NCBI GenBank assembly: GCA_041499965.1
Contig: JBGQLG010000001.1
Span: 2,672-66,671 of the forward strand
DNA length: 64,000 nt
Reading direction: 5' to 3'
From: Candidatus Methylomirabilia bacterium
Lineage (GTDB): Bacteria > Methylomirabilota > Methylomirabilia > Rokubacteriales > CSP1-6
Shown: piece after piece, positions 31,936 to 43,938 of the stretch
Numbering within the stretch: the first letter of the stretch is position 1
How the letters are laid out: each line of letters starts with the position of its first letter
Translations under genes and position numbers: made by a program
Notes under the pieces: model-generated
What the model saw: the letters and a program-made list of their open reading frames with translations, nothing else
Told to the model about the DNA's origin: nothing
Databases searched by the model: none

Positions 31936-32568
31936 GTGTTCCTCAGCCACCGCCACCTCGACCACGTGGGCGGCCTGGAGCCATGGCTCATGTCGGTGTT
32001 CTACCGCAGCTTCCGCGGCGGCGTCCCGCCACCCGCCGTGCGGCGGTACGCGCTGCCGGGCAGCGCGCAGGCCATCCGTGCTTCGCTGGCCGCGGCGGGC
32101 GCCTCCGGGGAGCGTGTCTTCGCCGACCGGCTCACCTGGCTCACCCCGCAGCCCGGGACGCGACAGGCGCTCGATGACGACATCGGCCTCACGCTGGTAC
32201 CCGTGGACCACTTACCGTCGGGCGGCGACGCCGCCGGGTGCGTCGTGGACGCGGGTGGCGCGCGCGTCGTCTACATCGGCGACTCGCGGCCTTGCGAGGT
32301 GCTGGTCGAAGCCGCGCGCGGCGCCGACCTGCTGATCCACGAGGTCGGTGGCTTGCAGACGCGCGCCGATCTCCTGCACCAGGTCGGGCACTCCACGGCC
32401 GCCGACGCCGGTCGCGTCGCCGCGCGCGCCGGCGTGCGCGCGCTGGCGCTCTTCCACATGCCGGCGCCGGAGTGGGTCGAGCCCGCAGAGATGCTGGCCG
32501 AGGCGCGTCGTCACGCGCCGGGCGTCGAGGTGTTCCTCAGCGAGGACGGGATGACGCTCGGCGTGTGA
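31936..32568 (+). CDS. MBL-fold metallo-hydrolase with an abnormally short N-terminal region
   Basis: SHRHLDH (HxHxDH), downstream His/Asp motifs (VDHLP, YIGDS, GHSTA, LFH). First canonical start after lgt is GTG 31936; GTG 31846 is the alternative. Confidence 0.6.
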   Translation: MFLSHRHLDHVGGLEPWLMSVFYRSFRGGVPPPAVRRYALPGSAQAIRASLAAAGASGERVFADRLTWLTPQPGTRQALDDDIGLTLVPVDHLPSGGDAAGCVVDAGGARVVYIGDSRPCEVLVEAARGADLLIHEVGGLQTRADLLHQVGHSTAADAGRVAARAGVRALALFHMPAPEWVEPAEMLAEARRHAPGVEVFLSEDGMTLGV

Positions 32569-32578
32569 GTCGCGTCAT

Positions 32579-32664
32579 TGGTGGGGGCGGCAGGATTTGA
32601 ACCTGCACGTCCTTTCGGACAGAGGATTTTAAGTCCTCAGCGGCTGCCGTTTCGCCACGCCCCC
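32579..32664 (-). tRNA. tRNA-Leu (anticodon TAA), class II with long variable arm, CCA encoded
   Basis: Hand-folded: acceptor GGGGGCG/CGCCCCC, anticodon stem GAGGA/TCCTC, loop CTTAAAA, T-arm GCAGG-TTCAAAT-CCTGC. Confidence 0.9.
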
Positions 32665-32709
32665 CGCGGACAGGATCGCGCCGGCAACCTTCCGAACACA
32701 ACATTCGAC

Positions 32710-32784
32710 TGGAGGCGCCGGGCGGATTCGAACCGCCGAATAACGGATTTGCAGTCCGCTGCCTTACCACTTGGCTACGGCGCC
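32710..32784 (-). tRNA. tRNA-Cys (anticodon GCA), CCA encoded
   Basis: Hand-folded: acceptor GGCGCCG/CGGCGCC, loop CTGCAAA, T-arm GGCGG-TTCGAAT-CCGCC, A13-A22 mismatch as recalled for bacterial tRNA-Cys. Confidence 0.9.
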
Positions 32785-32809
32785 ACGAGCCGGGACGCAA
32801 AAAAATTGC

Positions 32810-32884
<75 letters not shown>

Positions 32885-32897
32885 GAACCAGCGCCGA

Positions 32898-32906
32898 ATT
32901 GTACCA
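32898..32906 (-). promoter_or_regulatory. Extended -10 element (TGGTACAAT) for the tRNA operon
   Basis: Minus-strand TG-n-TACAAT ends 13 nt upstream of the tRNA-Gly 5' end; no good -35. Confidence 0.35.
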
Positions 32907-32931
32907 CGGGCCGTCGAGGCTCCACCGGGGG

Positions 32932-33930
32932 TCAGCCGCCGCCGTCCCGCAGCGCGGCGGCCGCGTCCTCGGGCGGGACGGGATTGATGAAGAAGCCGCT
33001 GCCCCACTCGTAGCCGGCGACGTTGGTCAGCTTGGGAATGATCTCCAGGTGCCAGTGGAAGTGCTCGAGCGGCCCGTCGCGCAGCGGCGCGGTGTGCAGC
33101 ATGTAGTTGTAGGGCGGCCGGCCGAGCACGTGTTCCAGGCGCCGCAGGAAGTCGCCGAGCAGCTCGGCCAGGCTGCGCAGCTCCTCGACGCCGGTCTCCT
33201 CGAAGGCCGAGCGATGGCGCGTCGGCAGGATCCACGTCTCGAACGGAAAGCGCGGGGCGAACGGGGCCACCGCCACAAAGCCGCCGGACTCCATGATGAC
33301 CCGCCGGCGGCTGCGGCGCTCCTGGCGCACGACGTCGCACCAGACGCAGCGCTCCTTGATCTCGAAGTACTCGGCGGCCCCCTTCAGCTCCTCCAGCACC
33401 ATGATCGGGATGATCGGGGTGGCGATGAGCTGCGAGTGCGGGTGCTCGAGCGAGGCGCCGGCGGCGGCGCCGTGGTTCTTGAAGACCAGGATGTACTCGA
33501 AGCGCGGGTCCTTCTTGAGATCCAGGACGCGGTCGCGATAGGCCAGCAGCACGTCGGCCACGGCGTCGACCGGCAGCGTGGCCAGCGTCGCCTCGTGGTC
33601 GGGCGACTCGATCACCACCTCGTGGGCGCCGACGCCGTTCATGCGGTCGTAGAGCCCCTCGCCCGACGGCTCCAGCTCGCCCTCGATGCGCAACGCCGGG
33701 AACTTGTTCGGCACCACCCGCATCGACCATCCCGGCCCGTTGGCCGTGGAGTCCGGGCTGCGCGTGGCGAGGATCTCGGGCGGCGTCTTGGCCTCGTTGT
33801 TCGGGCAGAAGACGCAGTTGCCGCCCAGGGCCTGCACGGGCTGCGTCGTGAAGTCGGACGGCCGCTTGGCGCGCTCGGTCGAGATGATGACCCAGCGTCC
33901 GACCACCGGATCCTTGCGCAGCTCAGGCAT
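32932..33930 (-). CDS. galT: Galactose-1-phosphate uridylyltransferase (HIT-family nucleotidyltransferase)
   Basis: CVFCP zinc motif and HPHSQ active site. ATG 33930 overlaps the gpsA end by 8 nt. Confidence 0.85.
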   Translation of the reverse strand: MPELRKDPVVGRWVIISTERAKRPSDFTTQPVQALGGNCVFCPNNEAKTPPEILATRSPDSTANGPGWSMRVVPNKFPALRIEGELEPSGEGLYDRMNGVGAHEVVIESPDHEATLATLPVDAVADVLLAYRDRVLDLKKDPRFEYILVFKNHGAAAGASLEHPHSQLIATPIIPIMVLEELKGAAEYFEIKERCVWCDVVRQERRSRRRVIMESGGFVAVAPFAPRFPFETWILPTRHRSAFEETGVEELRSLAELLGDFLRRLEHVLGRPPYNYMLHTAPLRDGPLEHFHWHLEIIPKLTNVAGYEWGSGFFINPVPPEDAAAALRDGGG

Positions 33931-34924
33931 GTCGCTCCCCCACCCGCACGTCCTCCCGCGTCGCCGCCCGTCCGAGCAGCGAGGCCAGCGCCTCGGCCGG
34001 CGCCTTGCCGTCGAACAGCACCGCGGCGACCTCGGCCGCGATCGGCAGGGCCACGCCGTGGCGTCTGGCCAGGGCCAGCGCCGAGGCCACGGTCGGCACA
34101 CCCTCGGCCACCATGCGAGTGGCCCGCTGGGCGTCGATCCGTGACTCGCCCCGGGCCAGCGCCATCCCGAGCGCCCGGTTACGGGACAGCGTGCCGGTGG
34201 CCGTGAGCACGAGGTCGCCCAAGCCGGCCAGCCCCGCGAGCGTGGCGGGCTCGCCGCCGAGCGCGACCGCCAGCCGGGTGATCTCGGCCAGGCCGCGCGT
34301 CACCAGCGCCGCGCGCGCGTTCTCGCCGAGACCGAGGCCGTCGGCCAGCCCGGTGGCCAGCGCGATGACGTTCTTGGTGGCGCCGCCGACCTCGACGCCG
34401 ACGACGTCGAGGTTCGTGTACAGGCGGAACTCGCGGGAGCCAAGTCGCCGCTGCAGCTCGCGGGCGAGTGAGGCGTCCCGCGCGGCGATGACCGCCGCGG
34501 TCGGCTGGGCGAGCGCGACCTCGCGCGCGAACGTCGGCCCCGACAGCACGGCGACCGGCGTCCCCGGCCAGCGCTCCGCGACGACATCGCTCATGAACAT
34601 GTGCCGCGCCGGCTCGAACCCCTTCGTGGCCGAGACGACGGGCGCCGTGACCGAGCCGAACCGCGCCAGGGTCGCGGCGACGAACTCCGAGGGCACCGCG
34701 ACGACGACGACCTCGGCGCCGGCGAGCGCCGCCGCCGCGTCGGCCGTCGGCTCGACACCGGCTGCCAGCTCAACGTCGGACAGATACCAGGGGTTCCGGC
34801 GGCGCGTGCGGATCCCCTCGACGACCTCCGCGTGGCGCGCCCACAGCGTCACCCGCTCACCGCCGCGGGCCAGGTGGGCGGCCAGCGCGGTGCCCCAGCT
34901 CCCGGCCCCGACGACGGCGATCAC
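33923..34924 (-). CDS. gpsA: NAD(P)H-dependent glycerol-3-phosphate dehydrogenase
   Basis: VVGAGSWGTALA motif and full-length family similarity. Confidence 0.92.
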   Translation of the reverse strand: MIAVVGAGSWGTALAAHLARGGERVTLWARHAEVVEGIRTRRRNPWYLSDVELAAGVEPTADAAAALAGAEVVVVAVPSEFVAATLARFGSVTAPVVSATKGFEPARHMFMSDVVAERWPGTPVAVLSGPTFAREVALAQPTAAVIAARDASLARELQRRLGSREFRLYTNLDVVGVEVGGATKNVIALATGLADGLGLGENARAALVTRGLAEITRLAVALGGEPATLAGLAGLGDLVLTATGTLSRNRALGMALARGESRIDAQRATRMVAEGVPTVASALALARRHGVALPIAAEVAAVLFDGKAPAEALASLLGRAATREDVRVGERHA

Positions 34925-35517
34925 GCCCGGCTGCGCTGGCCCAGGCGCGACTCGGTACCGGCGCGCAACCGGGTGATGTTGGCGTGGTGGCGCGCGATCA
35001 CGATGACCGCGACCAGCACCGCGGCGATCGCCGAGGCGGCGGGGTAGCGCAGCATGACGGCCCCCAGCGGCACACAGCAGGCGGCCAGCAGCGAGGCCAG
35101 CGACACGTAGCGCGTGGTGGCGACCACCACCACGAACACCGGCAGGGCGGCGAGCGTCGCCCAGGGCACGCAGCGCAGCAGGGCGCCGAGGCCGGTCGCC
35201 ACGCCCTTGCCGCCGCGGAAGCCGAGGAACACCGACCAGCAGTTGCCGGCGACGACGGCCACGGTGGCGGCGCCGACGATCACCGGATCGCCGCCGCCCA
35301 GCGCGGCCCCGGCGGCGACGGCCACGTAGCCCTTCGCCACGTCGCCCAGGAGCGTGACGATGGCGGGCAGGCGGCCGAGGGTGCGCAGGACGTTGGTGGC
35401 GCCGATACTACCGCTGCCGTGCCGGCGGATGTCGGTGACACCGAAGCCCCGCGCCACCAGCCAGCCGATCGGCACCGCGCCGATCAGGTAGGCGGCCAGC
35501 ACCGCCAGGGCGTTCAC
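34921..35517 (-). CDS. plsY: Glycerol-3-phosphate acyltransferase PlsY
   Basis: HGSGSIGATN, FRGGKGVAT motifs; GTGA overlap with the pgsA stop. Confidence 0.9.
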   Translation of the reverse strand: MNALAVLAAYLIGAVPIGWLVARGFGVTDIRRHGSGSIGATNVLRTLGRLPAIVTLLGDVAKGYVAVAAGAALGGGDPVIVGAATVAVVAGNCWSVFLGFRGGKGVATGLGALLRCVPWATLAALPVFVVVVATTRYVSLASLLAACCVPLGAVMLRYPAASAIAAVLVAVIVIARHHANITRLRAGTESRLGQRSRA

Positions 35518-36116
35518 GACCAGCGTTCTTCTTCGGGCACGATCGCGCGGTAGTCCGCCTTGCGGAAGAACCGGTAAAAGTAGTCGACGGCCGAGACGAT
35601 CGTCAGGGCCAGCGCCGCCCACAGCACGACGGTGGCGGCCACGTGGAAGCTCGGGGACACGAGGCCCTTCTCGAAGATCAGCATCGTCACCGCGACGTAC
35701 TGGCTGACGGTCTTCCACTTGGCCAGGCGGGAAGCGGGCACGATCACGCCCACGCCCGCCGCCACCGCCCGCAACCCCGTCACCGCCAGCTCGCGGCCGA
35801 TGATCACCACGACGATCCAGGCCTCGACCTTGTCGATCGTGAGCAGCGACACCAGCGCCGAGGCCACCAGCAGCTTGTCGGCGATCGGGTCGAGCAGGGT
35901 GCCCAGCGTCGTGACCTGGTTGCGCCGGCGGGCGATGACGCCGTCCAGCCAGTCGGTGAGCGAGGCGGCGACGAAGATGGCGGCCGCGATCAGCGCGTGG
36001 ACGCGGGACGAGGAGATGAGGAAGACGATGAGCAGGGGCACCGCGACGATCCGCGTGAGCGTCAGCCCGATCGGGAGATTCAGGACGTCCCAGCCTCGCG
36101 CCATGGGTCGCGCCAT
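35514..36116 (-). CDS. pgsA: CDP-diacylglycerol--glycerol-3-phosphate 3-phosphatidyltransferase
   Basis: CDP-alcohol phosphatidyltransferase motif DWLDG...G...DPIADK. Confidence 0.9.
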   Translation of the reverse strand: MARPMARGWDVLNLPIGLTLTRIVAVPLLIVFLISSSRVHALIAAAIFVAASLTDWLDGVIARRRNQVTTLGTLLDPIADKLLVASALVSLLTIDKVEAWIVVVIIGRELAVTGLRAVAAGVGVIVPASRLAKWKTVSQYVAVTMLIFEKGLVSPSFHVAATVVLWAALALTIVSAVDYFYRFFRKADYRAIVPEEERWS

Positions 36117-36118
36117 TA

Positions 36119-36841
36119 TCAGTAGGGGGAAACGACCTTGTCAACGTCAGCCCGATAGATCGGGACGAGCGCGAAGCCGTCCAGCGCCAGGCAGGCCGCC
36201 ACGTCGGGGCCGCGCCCCCGGGAGGCCAGCCGCCTGGCGTGGGGGGAGTCCTGCCCCAACCGGGCCAGATCCTTGACGTAGGGGCGGCCGGCGTCGAGGG
36301 CCGCCCGGGCCGCCGGTCCCGGGATCGCACCAGCCTGGCGGTAGAGCACCCGGTCGACCAGCAGGCCGGCGCACACCTCGTCCTCGACCGAGGGCGCGCC
36401 CAGCTCGCCCGCGCACACGACGACGATGCTCCGCCCCTGCCCCAGCGCCCAGTCGGCGGCGGCGCTCAGGTTTGCGAAGCCCGCGACGCCGATCGTGGTA
36501 GCCGGGCGGGCGGCGATCAGCGCCCGCGTGCCGTTGCTGGTCGTGAAGACGATGGTGCGGCCGCCCACGCGGGGGCGGGTGAACTCCAGGGGCGAGTTGC
36601 CGAGATCGAAGCCCTCCGGCGGGTCACCGCCGCGCTCGCCGGCCAGTAGCGCCCCGGCCAGTCCGGCCACACGGCGGCGCGCCTCGTCCACCTCGGCCAC
36701 GGGGACCAGGCCCAGGCAACCGTTGGCTAGCGCGGTGATCATGCTGGTGGAGGCGCGGAGCACGTCGATCACCAGCGCGGTGGCGCCGGCCAGCGCCCCC
36801 GGGACGACCGCCGCCGGGGTGAGGGCGACGTCGACGCGCAC
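36119..36841 (-). CDS. comB: 2-phosphosulfolactate phosphatase family protein
   Basis: ComB-family pattern (VIDVLRASTS, GNSP, TSNGT). Confidence 0.8.
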   Translation of the reverse strand: MRVDVALTPAAVVPGALAGATALVIDVLRASTSMITALANGCLGLVPVAEVDEARRRVAGLAGALLAGERGGDPPEGFDLGNSPLEFTRPRVGGRTIVFTTSNGTRALIAARPATTIGVAGFANLSAAADWALGQGRSIVVVCAGELGAPSVEDEVCAGLLVDRVLYRQAGAIPGPAARAALDAGRPYVKDLARLGQDSPHARRLASRGRGPDVAACLALDGFALVPIYRADVDKVVSPY

Positions 36842-36844
36842 CGA

Positions 36845-38048
<1,204 letters not shown>

Positions 38049-38056
<8 letters not shown>

Positions 38057-38975
38057 CGTCGAGCGAGCCTCCCAGCAGGTCGAAGATCACCGCTTTCTGC
38101 GCGTGCAGCCGGTTCTCCGACTGCTCCAGCGCGATGGACCGCGGGCCGTCCAGCACCGAGTCGGTGATCTCCTCGCCGCGATGCGCCGGCAGGCAGTGCA
38201 TCACGAGCGCGCCCGGCTTGGCGAACCCGACCAGCGTGTCGTTGAGCTGGTAGCGGCTGAAGGCCTCGGTGCGCTGCACGCGCTCCGCCTCCTGCCCCAT
38301 GCTCACCCACACATCCGTGTACAGCACGTCGGCGCCGCTGGCGGCCTCGCGAGCATCGGTGGTGACCTCGAGCCGCCCGCCCAGCTTGCGCACCGTGGCC
38401 AGCACGCCGGCGTTGGGCTCGTAGACGGGCGGGCAGGCCACGACCATCGACGCCCCGACCAGCGCGCCGGCCAGCATGACCGAGTGGCAGACGTTGTTGC
38501 CGTCGCCGATCCAGGCCAGGCGCATCGAGGCCAGATCGAGGCCGCGCTCCCACAGGGTGAAGAAGTCGGCCAGCGCCTGGCACGGGTGCTCGAAGTCGCT
38601 GAGCCCGTTGATGACCGGCACCGTCGCGTAGCGGGCCAGCCCCTCGACCGTCGCGTGCGAGTACACGCGGGCGGCGATGCCGTCGACCCAGCGCGAGAGG
38701 TTGCGGGCGACGTCCGGCACCGACTCGCGAGTGCCGAGGCCGATCTCGTGGCCGGACAGATAGACGGCCCGGCCGCCGAGCTGCACGATGCCGACCTCGA
38801 ACGTCACCCGCGTGCGCAGCGACTGCTTCTCGAAGATCAGCGCCAGCGAGCGTCCGGCCAGGGGGGCCGCCCGCCGGCCCGCCTTCCAGCGCTGCTTGAG
38901 ATCGGCCGCCAGCGTGAAGAGCTTGAGGATCCGCTCGCGCGAGAGATCGGCGATCGAGAGGAAGTTCGTGCTCAC
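38049..38975 (-). CDS. argF: Ornithine carbamoyltransferase
   Basis: SLRTR, HPCQ, DVWVSMG, HCLPA motifs; GTGA overlap with the argD stop. Confidence 0.92.
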
Positions 38976-40168
38976 TTGGTGCCGGCGACGAGCGCGTCGC
39001 CCAGGATCTTGAGCGCCCGCTGGCACTCGACCGGCTCGACGATGAGCGGCGGCGCCAGCCGCACGACCTTCTCGCCGGCCGTCAGCACGAGCAGGCCCGC
39101 CTCCCGGCAGGCGTCCATCACGGGGCCGGCCAGCTTGGTCAGCTCGATGCCGATCAGCAGGCCCCGGCCGCGAACCTCCTTGATGACCGGCAGCCGGCGC
39201 TGCAGCTCGCGCAGCCCGTCCATCAGCTCCCGTCCGCGCTGGGCGGCGCGCTCGGGCAGCTTGTCGCCGATCACCGTCGTCAGCGTGGCCAGCGCCACCG
39301 AGGTCACGAAGGCGGATCCCGCGAACGTCGAGCCGTGGCTGCCGGCGCTCAGCGCGGTCGCGACCTCCTCGCGGCAGAGCATCGCCCCGATGGGAATGCC
39401 GTTGGCCAGGGCCTTGGCCAGCGTCATGACGTCGGGCTCGACGCCCGAGTGCTGGTAGGCCCACAGCGTGCCGGTGCGCCCCACACCCGTCTGGACCTCG
39501 TCGAAGATCAGGAGCGCGCCCGACTCGTCGCAGAGCTTGCGCAGCCCCGGCAGGTAGCCGTCGTCCGGAATGTTCACGCCGCCCTCGCCCTGGATCGGCT
39601 CGACGAGGATCGCCGCGGTGTGGCTGTCCATCGCGCGCTCCATGGCGCGCAGGTCGTTGTAGGCCACGTGCTTGAAGCCCGGCATCAGCGGCTCGAAGCC
39701 GTGGTGGTACTTGGGCTGGCCGGTGGCGCTGACGGTGGCCAGCGTGCGCCCGTGGAACGAGTTGTGGGTGGCGATGACCTCGTAGCGGTCGGTCGCCAGC
39801 CGCTCCTTGGCGTACTTGCGCACGACCTTGAGGGCCGCCTCGTTGGCCTCCGCCCCCGAGTTGCAGAAGAACACGCGGTCGGCGAACGAGTGCTCGACCA
39901 GCAGCTTGGCCAGGTGCACCTGGGGCGCGTTGTGGAAGATGTTGGAGACGTGCAGCAGCGTGGCCGCCGCCTCCCGGATGGCACCGGTGATGACCGGATG
40001 GCAGTGACCGAGCCCGGTGACGGCGATCCCCGTGGTGAAATCCAGGTACTCACGGTTGTCGCTGTCCCACACCCGCGTCCCCTCGCCGCGGACCAGGACG
40101 AGCGGCGTGCGGCCGTAGTTCGGGGTGTGATACTTCGCGGACCACTCCATCAGGGTCTTGGTGTCCAT
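38972..40168 (-). CDS. argD: Acetylornithine aminotransferase
   Basis: Class III aminotransferase (FCNSGAEANE, DEVQTG, TLAKAL). Confidence 0.92.
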   Translation of the reverse strand: MDTKTLMEWSAKYHTPNYGRTPLVLVRGEGTRVWDSDNREYLDFTTGIAVTGLGHCHPVITGAIREAAATLLHVSNIFHNAPQVHLAKLLVEHSFADRVFFCNSGAEANEAALKVVRKYAKERLATDRYEVIATHNSFHGRTLATVSATGQPKYHHGFEPLMPGFKHVAYNDLRAMERAMDSHTAAILVEPIQGEGGVNIPDDGYLPGLRKLCDESGALLIFDEVQTGVGRTGTLWAYQHSGVEPDVMTLAKALANGIPIGAMLCREEVATALSAGSHGSTFAGSAFVTSVALATLTTVIGDKLPERAAQRGRELMDGLRELQRRLPVIKEVRGRGLLIGIELTKLAGPVMDACREAGLLVLTAGEKVVRLAPPLIVEPVECQRALKILGDALVAGTK

Positions 40169-40176
40169 GGCGGCTC

Positions 40177-41043
40177 CTAGAGGACGATCTCGGTTCCCAC
40201 TCCTTCGCGCGTGAACAGCTCGAGCAGGATCGCGTGGGGGACGCGGCCGTCGATGATGTGGGCCTTGGCGGTGGCGCCCTCCAGCGCCCGCAGCGCCGAC
40301 TCGACCTTGGGCAGCATGCCCCCGTCGATGACGCCGTCCTGCATCAGGCGCTCGGCGTCCTTGCGGGAGAGCGTGCTGATGAGCTTGCCGTCGGTGCCCT
40401 TGATCCCCTGCACGTCGGTCAGGTGGATGAGCTTCTCGGCGCCCAGCGCCACCGCCACCTCGCCCGCCACCAGATCGGCGTTGATGTTGTAGGTCTCGCC
40501 GCGAGCCCCCACGCCGACCGGGGCGATGATGGGCACGAAGCCGCGCTCCTCGAGCAGGCGGATCGGCTCGACGTTCACCCTCTCCACCTCGCCGACCAGA
40601 CCGATGTCGATCTCCTCGCCGGTCGCCGTGCGATGCAGGCGCTTGCGCGCGCGCAGGAGGTCGCCGTCCTTGCCGGACAGGCCGACCGCGCGCCCGCCGT
40701 GGAGATTGATGAGGCCGACGATCTCCTTGTTGATCTTGCCGACCAGCACCATCTCGACGATCTCGACCGTCTCGGCGTCGGTCACCCGCATGCCGCCCAC
40801 GAACTTCGGCTCCTTGCCCAGCTTCTTCATGAGGGCGCCGATCTGGGGGCCGCCGCCGTGCACGATGACCGGGTTGATGCCGACCAGCTGCAGGAGGATG
40901 ACGTCGAGCGCGAACGACTGCTTGAGGTCGTCCGACTCCATCGCCGAGCCGCCGTACTTGATGACGAGCGACTTGCCGCGGAACTCCCGGATGTACGGGA
41001 GGGCCTCCAGCAGGACCTCGACGGGGCGCGCGGTTTCGCTCAC
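40177..41043 (-). CDS. argB: Acetylglutamate kinase
   Basis: [14 protein letters not shown] motifs. Confidence 0.95.
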   Translation of the reverse strand: MSETARPVEVLLEALPYIREFRGKSLVIKYGGSAMESDDLKQSFALDVILLQLVGINPVIVHGGGPQIGALMKKLGKEPKFVGGMRVTDAETVEIVEMVLVGKINKEIVGLINLHGGRAVGLSGKDGDLLRARKRLHRTATGEEIDIGLVGEVERVNVEPIRLLEERGFVPIIAPVGVGARGETYNINADLVAGEVAVALGAEKLIHLTDVQGIKGTDGKLISTLSRKDAERLMQDGVIDGGMLPKVESALRALEGATAKAHIIDGRVPHAILLELFTREGVGTEIVL

Positions 41044-42413
41044 AGGATGTACCGGGACAGATCCTGGTCGCGGGCGACGTCGGCGAGGCGCTGCCGCACG
41101 TGCTCGGCGTCGATGGTCAGCTCCTTGCCCGGCATGTCCGGGGCGTCGAACGAGATGTCGTCCAGCAGCCGCTCCATGATCGTGTACAGCCGGCGGGCGC
41201 CGATGTTCTCGGTGCTCGCGTTCACCTGCATGGCGATCTCGGCGATCGCCTCCACGGCGTCCGGCAGGAAGCGGAGCGTCACTCGCTCGGTGGCGAGCAG
41301 CTCCACGTACTGGCGGATCAGGGCGTTCTCGGGCTCGGTCAGAATGCGGACGAAATCGTCCCGCGTCAAGGGCTCCAGCTCGACCCGGATCGGGAAGCGC
41401 CCCTGCAGCTCGGGGATCAGGTCGGAGGGCTTGGCCACGTGGAAGGCGCCGGCGGCGATGAACAGGACGTGGTCGGTGCGGACGATGCCGTACTTGGTGG
41501 TGACGGCCGAGCCCTCCACGATGGGCAGCAGGTCCCGCTGGACCCCCTCCCGGGAGACGTCCGGGCCCCCGTGCCCCCCGCCCTGGCGACCGGCGATCTT
41601 GTCCAGCTCGTCCAGGAATATGATCCCGGAGTTCTCCACCCGGCGGATGGCCCGGGAGACGACCTCCTCCATGTCCACGAGCTTGCCGGCCTCTTCCTGG
41701 ACGAGCAGGCGCCGGGCCTCGGCCACCCGCACCCGCCGCCGCTTGGTGCGGCCCGGCATGATGTTGGACAGCATGTCCTTGAGCTGGATGCCCATCTCCT
41801 CCATGCCCTGGCCGGAGAAGATCTCGACCATCGGCATCGCCGGCTGCTGGGTCTCCAGCTCCACCATCCGATCATCGAGCTTCCCGGCCCGCAGCTGCGC
41901 GCGCAGCTTCTCCAGCGTGCTCTCGCGCGAGGCGTCGGGCGAGATCTGCTCGAGCGAGCCGCTGCTGAACGGCTCGGTGCTGCGGTGGGGCAGCAACAGG
42001 TCCAGCAGGCGGTCCTCGGCCAGGCGCTCGGCCTTGTCCTTCACCTCGGCCATCAGCTCGGCCTTCACCATGGTGACGCCGAGCTCGGTGAGCTCGCGCA
42101 CCATCGACTCGACGTCGCGGCCCACGTAGCCGACCTCGGTGTATTTGGAGGCCTCCACCTTGATGAACGGCGCCTGGGCCAGCTTGGCCAGGCGGCGGGC
42201 GACCTCGGTCTTTCCCACCCCGGTCGGCCCGATCATGATGATGTTCTTGGGCGCCACCTCGTCGCGCAGCGCGTCCGGGAGCATCTGGCGGCGCCACCGG
42301 TTGCGCAGCGCGATGGCGACGGCACGCTTGGCCGCCCGCTGGCCGATGATGTAGCGGTCCAGCTCGGCGACGATCTGGGCCGGCGTCAGCTCGCTGCCCA
42401 CCGCCGCCATCAC
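41040..42413 (-). CDS. hslU: ATP-dependent protease ATPase subunit HslU
   Basis: Walker [19 protein letters not shown], full length. Confidence 0.95.
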   Translation of the reverse strand: MMAAVGSELTPAQIVAELDRYIIGQRAAKRAVAIALRNRWRRQMLPDALRDEVAPKNIIMIGPTGVGKTEVARRLAKLAQAPFIKVEASKYTEVGYVGRDVESMVRELTELGVTMVKAELMAEVKDKAERLAEDRLLDLLLPHRSTEPFSSGSLEQISPDASRESTLEKLRAQLRAGKLDDRMVELETQQPAMPMVEIFSGQGMEEMGIQLKDMLSNIMPGRTKRRRVRVAEARRLLVQEEAGKLVDMEEVVSRAIRRVENSGIIFLDELDKIAGRQGGGHGGPDVSREGVQRDLLPIVEGSAVTTKYGIVRTDHVLFIAAGAFHVAKPSDLIPELQGRFPIRVELEPLTRDDFVRILTEPENALIRQYVELLATERVTLRFLPDAVEAIAEIAMQVNASTENIGARRLYTIMERLLDDISFDAPDMPGKELTIDAEHVRQRLADVARDQDLSRYIL

Positions 42414-42946
42414 AGCTCCTCCACCGAGATCTGGTCGTTCGTGTAGATGCAGATGCCGGCCGCGACCCTCATGGCCGCCGCCACGATCGTCTTGGCGTCG
42501 AGGTCGGCGTGGGCGACAAGCGCGCGGGCCGCCGCCAGCGCGAAGGGACCGCCGGAGCCGATGCCGATGAGGCCGTCGTCGGGCTCGATCACGTCGCCGG
42601 TGCCCGACACGATGAACGAGTGGTCGCGATCGGCCACCGCCAGCAGCGCCTCCAGCCGGCGCAGCACGCGGTCCGTGCGCCAGTCCTTGGCCAGCTCGAC
42701 CGCCGCCCGCGGCAGGTTGCCCCGATACTCCTCCAGCTTGGCCTCGAACCGGCCGAACAGCGTGAAGGCATCGGCGGCGGCCCCGGCGAAGCCGGCCAGC
42801 ACGCGGTCGTGATGGAGCTTGCGCACCTTCCGGGCTCCGGCCTTCACGACCGTGGCGCCGATCGTCACCTGCCCGTCACCGGCGATGGCGACCTGGTCGC
42901 GATGACGGACGCACAGCACCGTGGTCGCGTGAAAAGACTCGGGCAC
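42410..42946 (-). CDS. hslV: ATP-dependent protease subunit HslV
   Basis: [10 protein letters not shown]-terminal Thr nucleophile context, GSGG motif. GTG 42946; the track ORF to 43372 is an extension. Confidence 0.9.
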   Translation of the reverse strand: MPESFHATTVLCVRHRDQVAIAGDGQVTIGATVVKAGARKVRKLHHDRVLAGFAGAAADAFTLFGRFEAKLEEYRGNLPRAAVELAKDWRTDRVLRRLEALLAVADRDHSFIVSGTGDVIEPDDGLIGIGSGGPFALAAARALVAHADLDAKTIVAAAMRVAAGICIYTNDQISVEEL

Positions 42947-43056
42947 TAGTGCCGCGGGGGTACGCCAGCCCGGCTCGTCGCGCCGGTGGCCTGTTCCGGA
43001 ACGGGGTCGCTCCGGTCGCGCGACGGCGGTCGAGCGGCGGCGGTGTCGTGCACGGG

Positions 43057-43938
43057 CTAGGTCGCTTCGCGGGCGCGGGGGTGCGCCTGGTCGTAGACGC
43101 GCATCAGCTGGTCGGCGGCCACGTGCGTGTAGCGCTGGGTCGTCGACAGCCGGCTGTGGCCGAGCAGCTCCTGGATCATGCGCAGGTCGGCGCCGCGGTC
43201 GAGCAGGTGCGTGGCGAAGGTGTGGCGCAGCGTGTGGGGACTGACCCGCCGCACGATCCCGGCCGCGCGGGCCGCGCGCCGCACGACCGTGTGCAGCGCG
43301 CGCACGCCGAGCCGCCGCCCGCGCGCGCTGGTGAAGAGCGGCCCCGGCCGCTCGCCGCGGCCGGCCAGCCACGCGTCCAGCGCCCGCGCCGCCTGGCCGC
43401 CGTACGGCACGATGCGCTCCTTGCGGCCCTTGCCGAGGACCCGCACGGTCCGCTCCGTCCGGTCGAGCGCCTCCATCTCCAGGCCGCTCAGCTCCGACAC
43501 CCGCAGCCCGCTGGCGTAGAGCAGCTCCAGGATGGCCCGGTCCCGCGCGCGGGTGGCTCCGCCGAGCCCCCGCCCCTCGACCAGCTCGGTCGCCTCGTCG
43601 ATCGGCAGGAAAGAGACCAGCTTGCTCGGCAACCGGGGACCCCGGACTTCCCGGGCCGGGTTGCGCTCGAGCACGCCGCGGCGGACGAGGAAGCGACCAC
43701 AGCTGCGCACCGCGGCCAGCTTGCGGGAGATCGAGACCGGGTTCAGGCCACGCGCGTGCAACGCGGCGAGCCAGGCGCGCACCGCTCGGGCGTCGGCGTC
43801 GGCCACGCCGGCGACGCCGCGCTCGGTCAGGAACCGCTGGAAGTCGGTGAGGTCGGTGCGGTAGGCGCGCAGGGTATGCGCGGAGGCGTTCCGCTCCACG
43901 GACATGTGGCGCAGGAACGCGGCCAGCGGATCGTTCAT
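43057..43938 (-). CDS. xerC: Tyrosine recombinase XerC
   Basis: R...HxxR...Y catalytic pattern ([22 protein letters not shown]); ATGA overlap with the topA stop; housekeeping synteny. Confidence 0.85.
   Translation of the reverse strand: MNDPLAAFLRHMSVERNASAHTLRAYRTDLTDFQRFLTERGVAGVADADARAVRAWLAALHARGLNPVSISRKLAAVRSCGRFLVRRGVLERNPAREVRGPRLPSKLVSFLPIDEATELVEGRGLGGATRARDRAILELLYASGLRVSELSGLEMEALDRTERTVRVLGKGRKERIVPYGGQAARALDAWLAGRGERPGPLFTSARGRRLGVRALHTVVRRAARAAGIVRRVSPHTLRHTFATHLLDRGADLRMIQELLGHSRLSTTQRYTHVAADQLMRVYDQAHPRAREAT

Noticed and set aside
43057-43938. Tyrosine recombinase as a marker of an integrated mobile element near the tRNA cluster
   Set aside because: It sits in the conserved housekeeping topA-xerC-hslVU context and is translationally coupled to topA. 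There are no flanking phage or IS genes, no direct repeats and no compositional shift. The tRNAs are 10 kb away.
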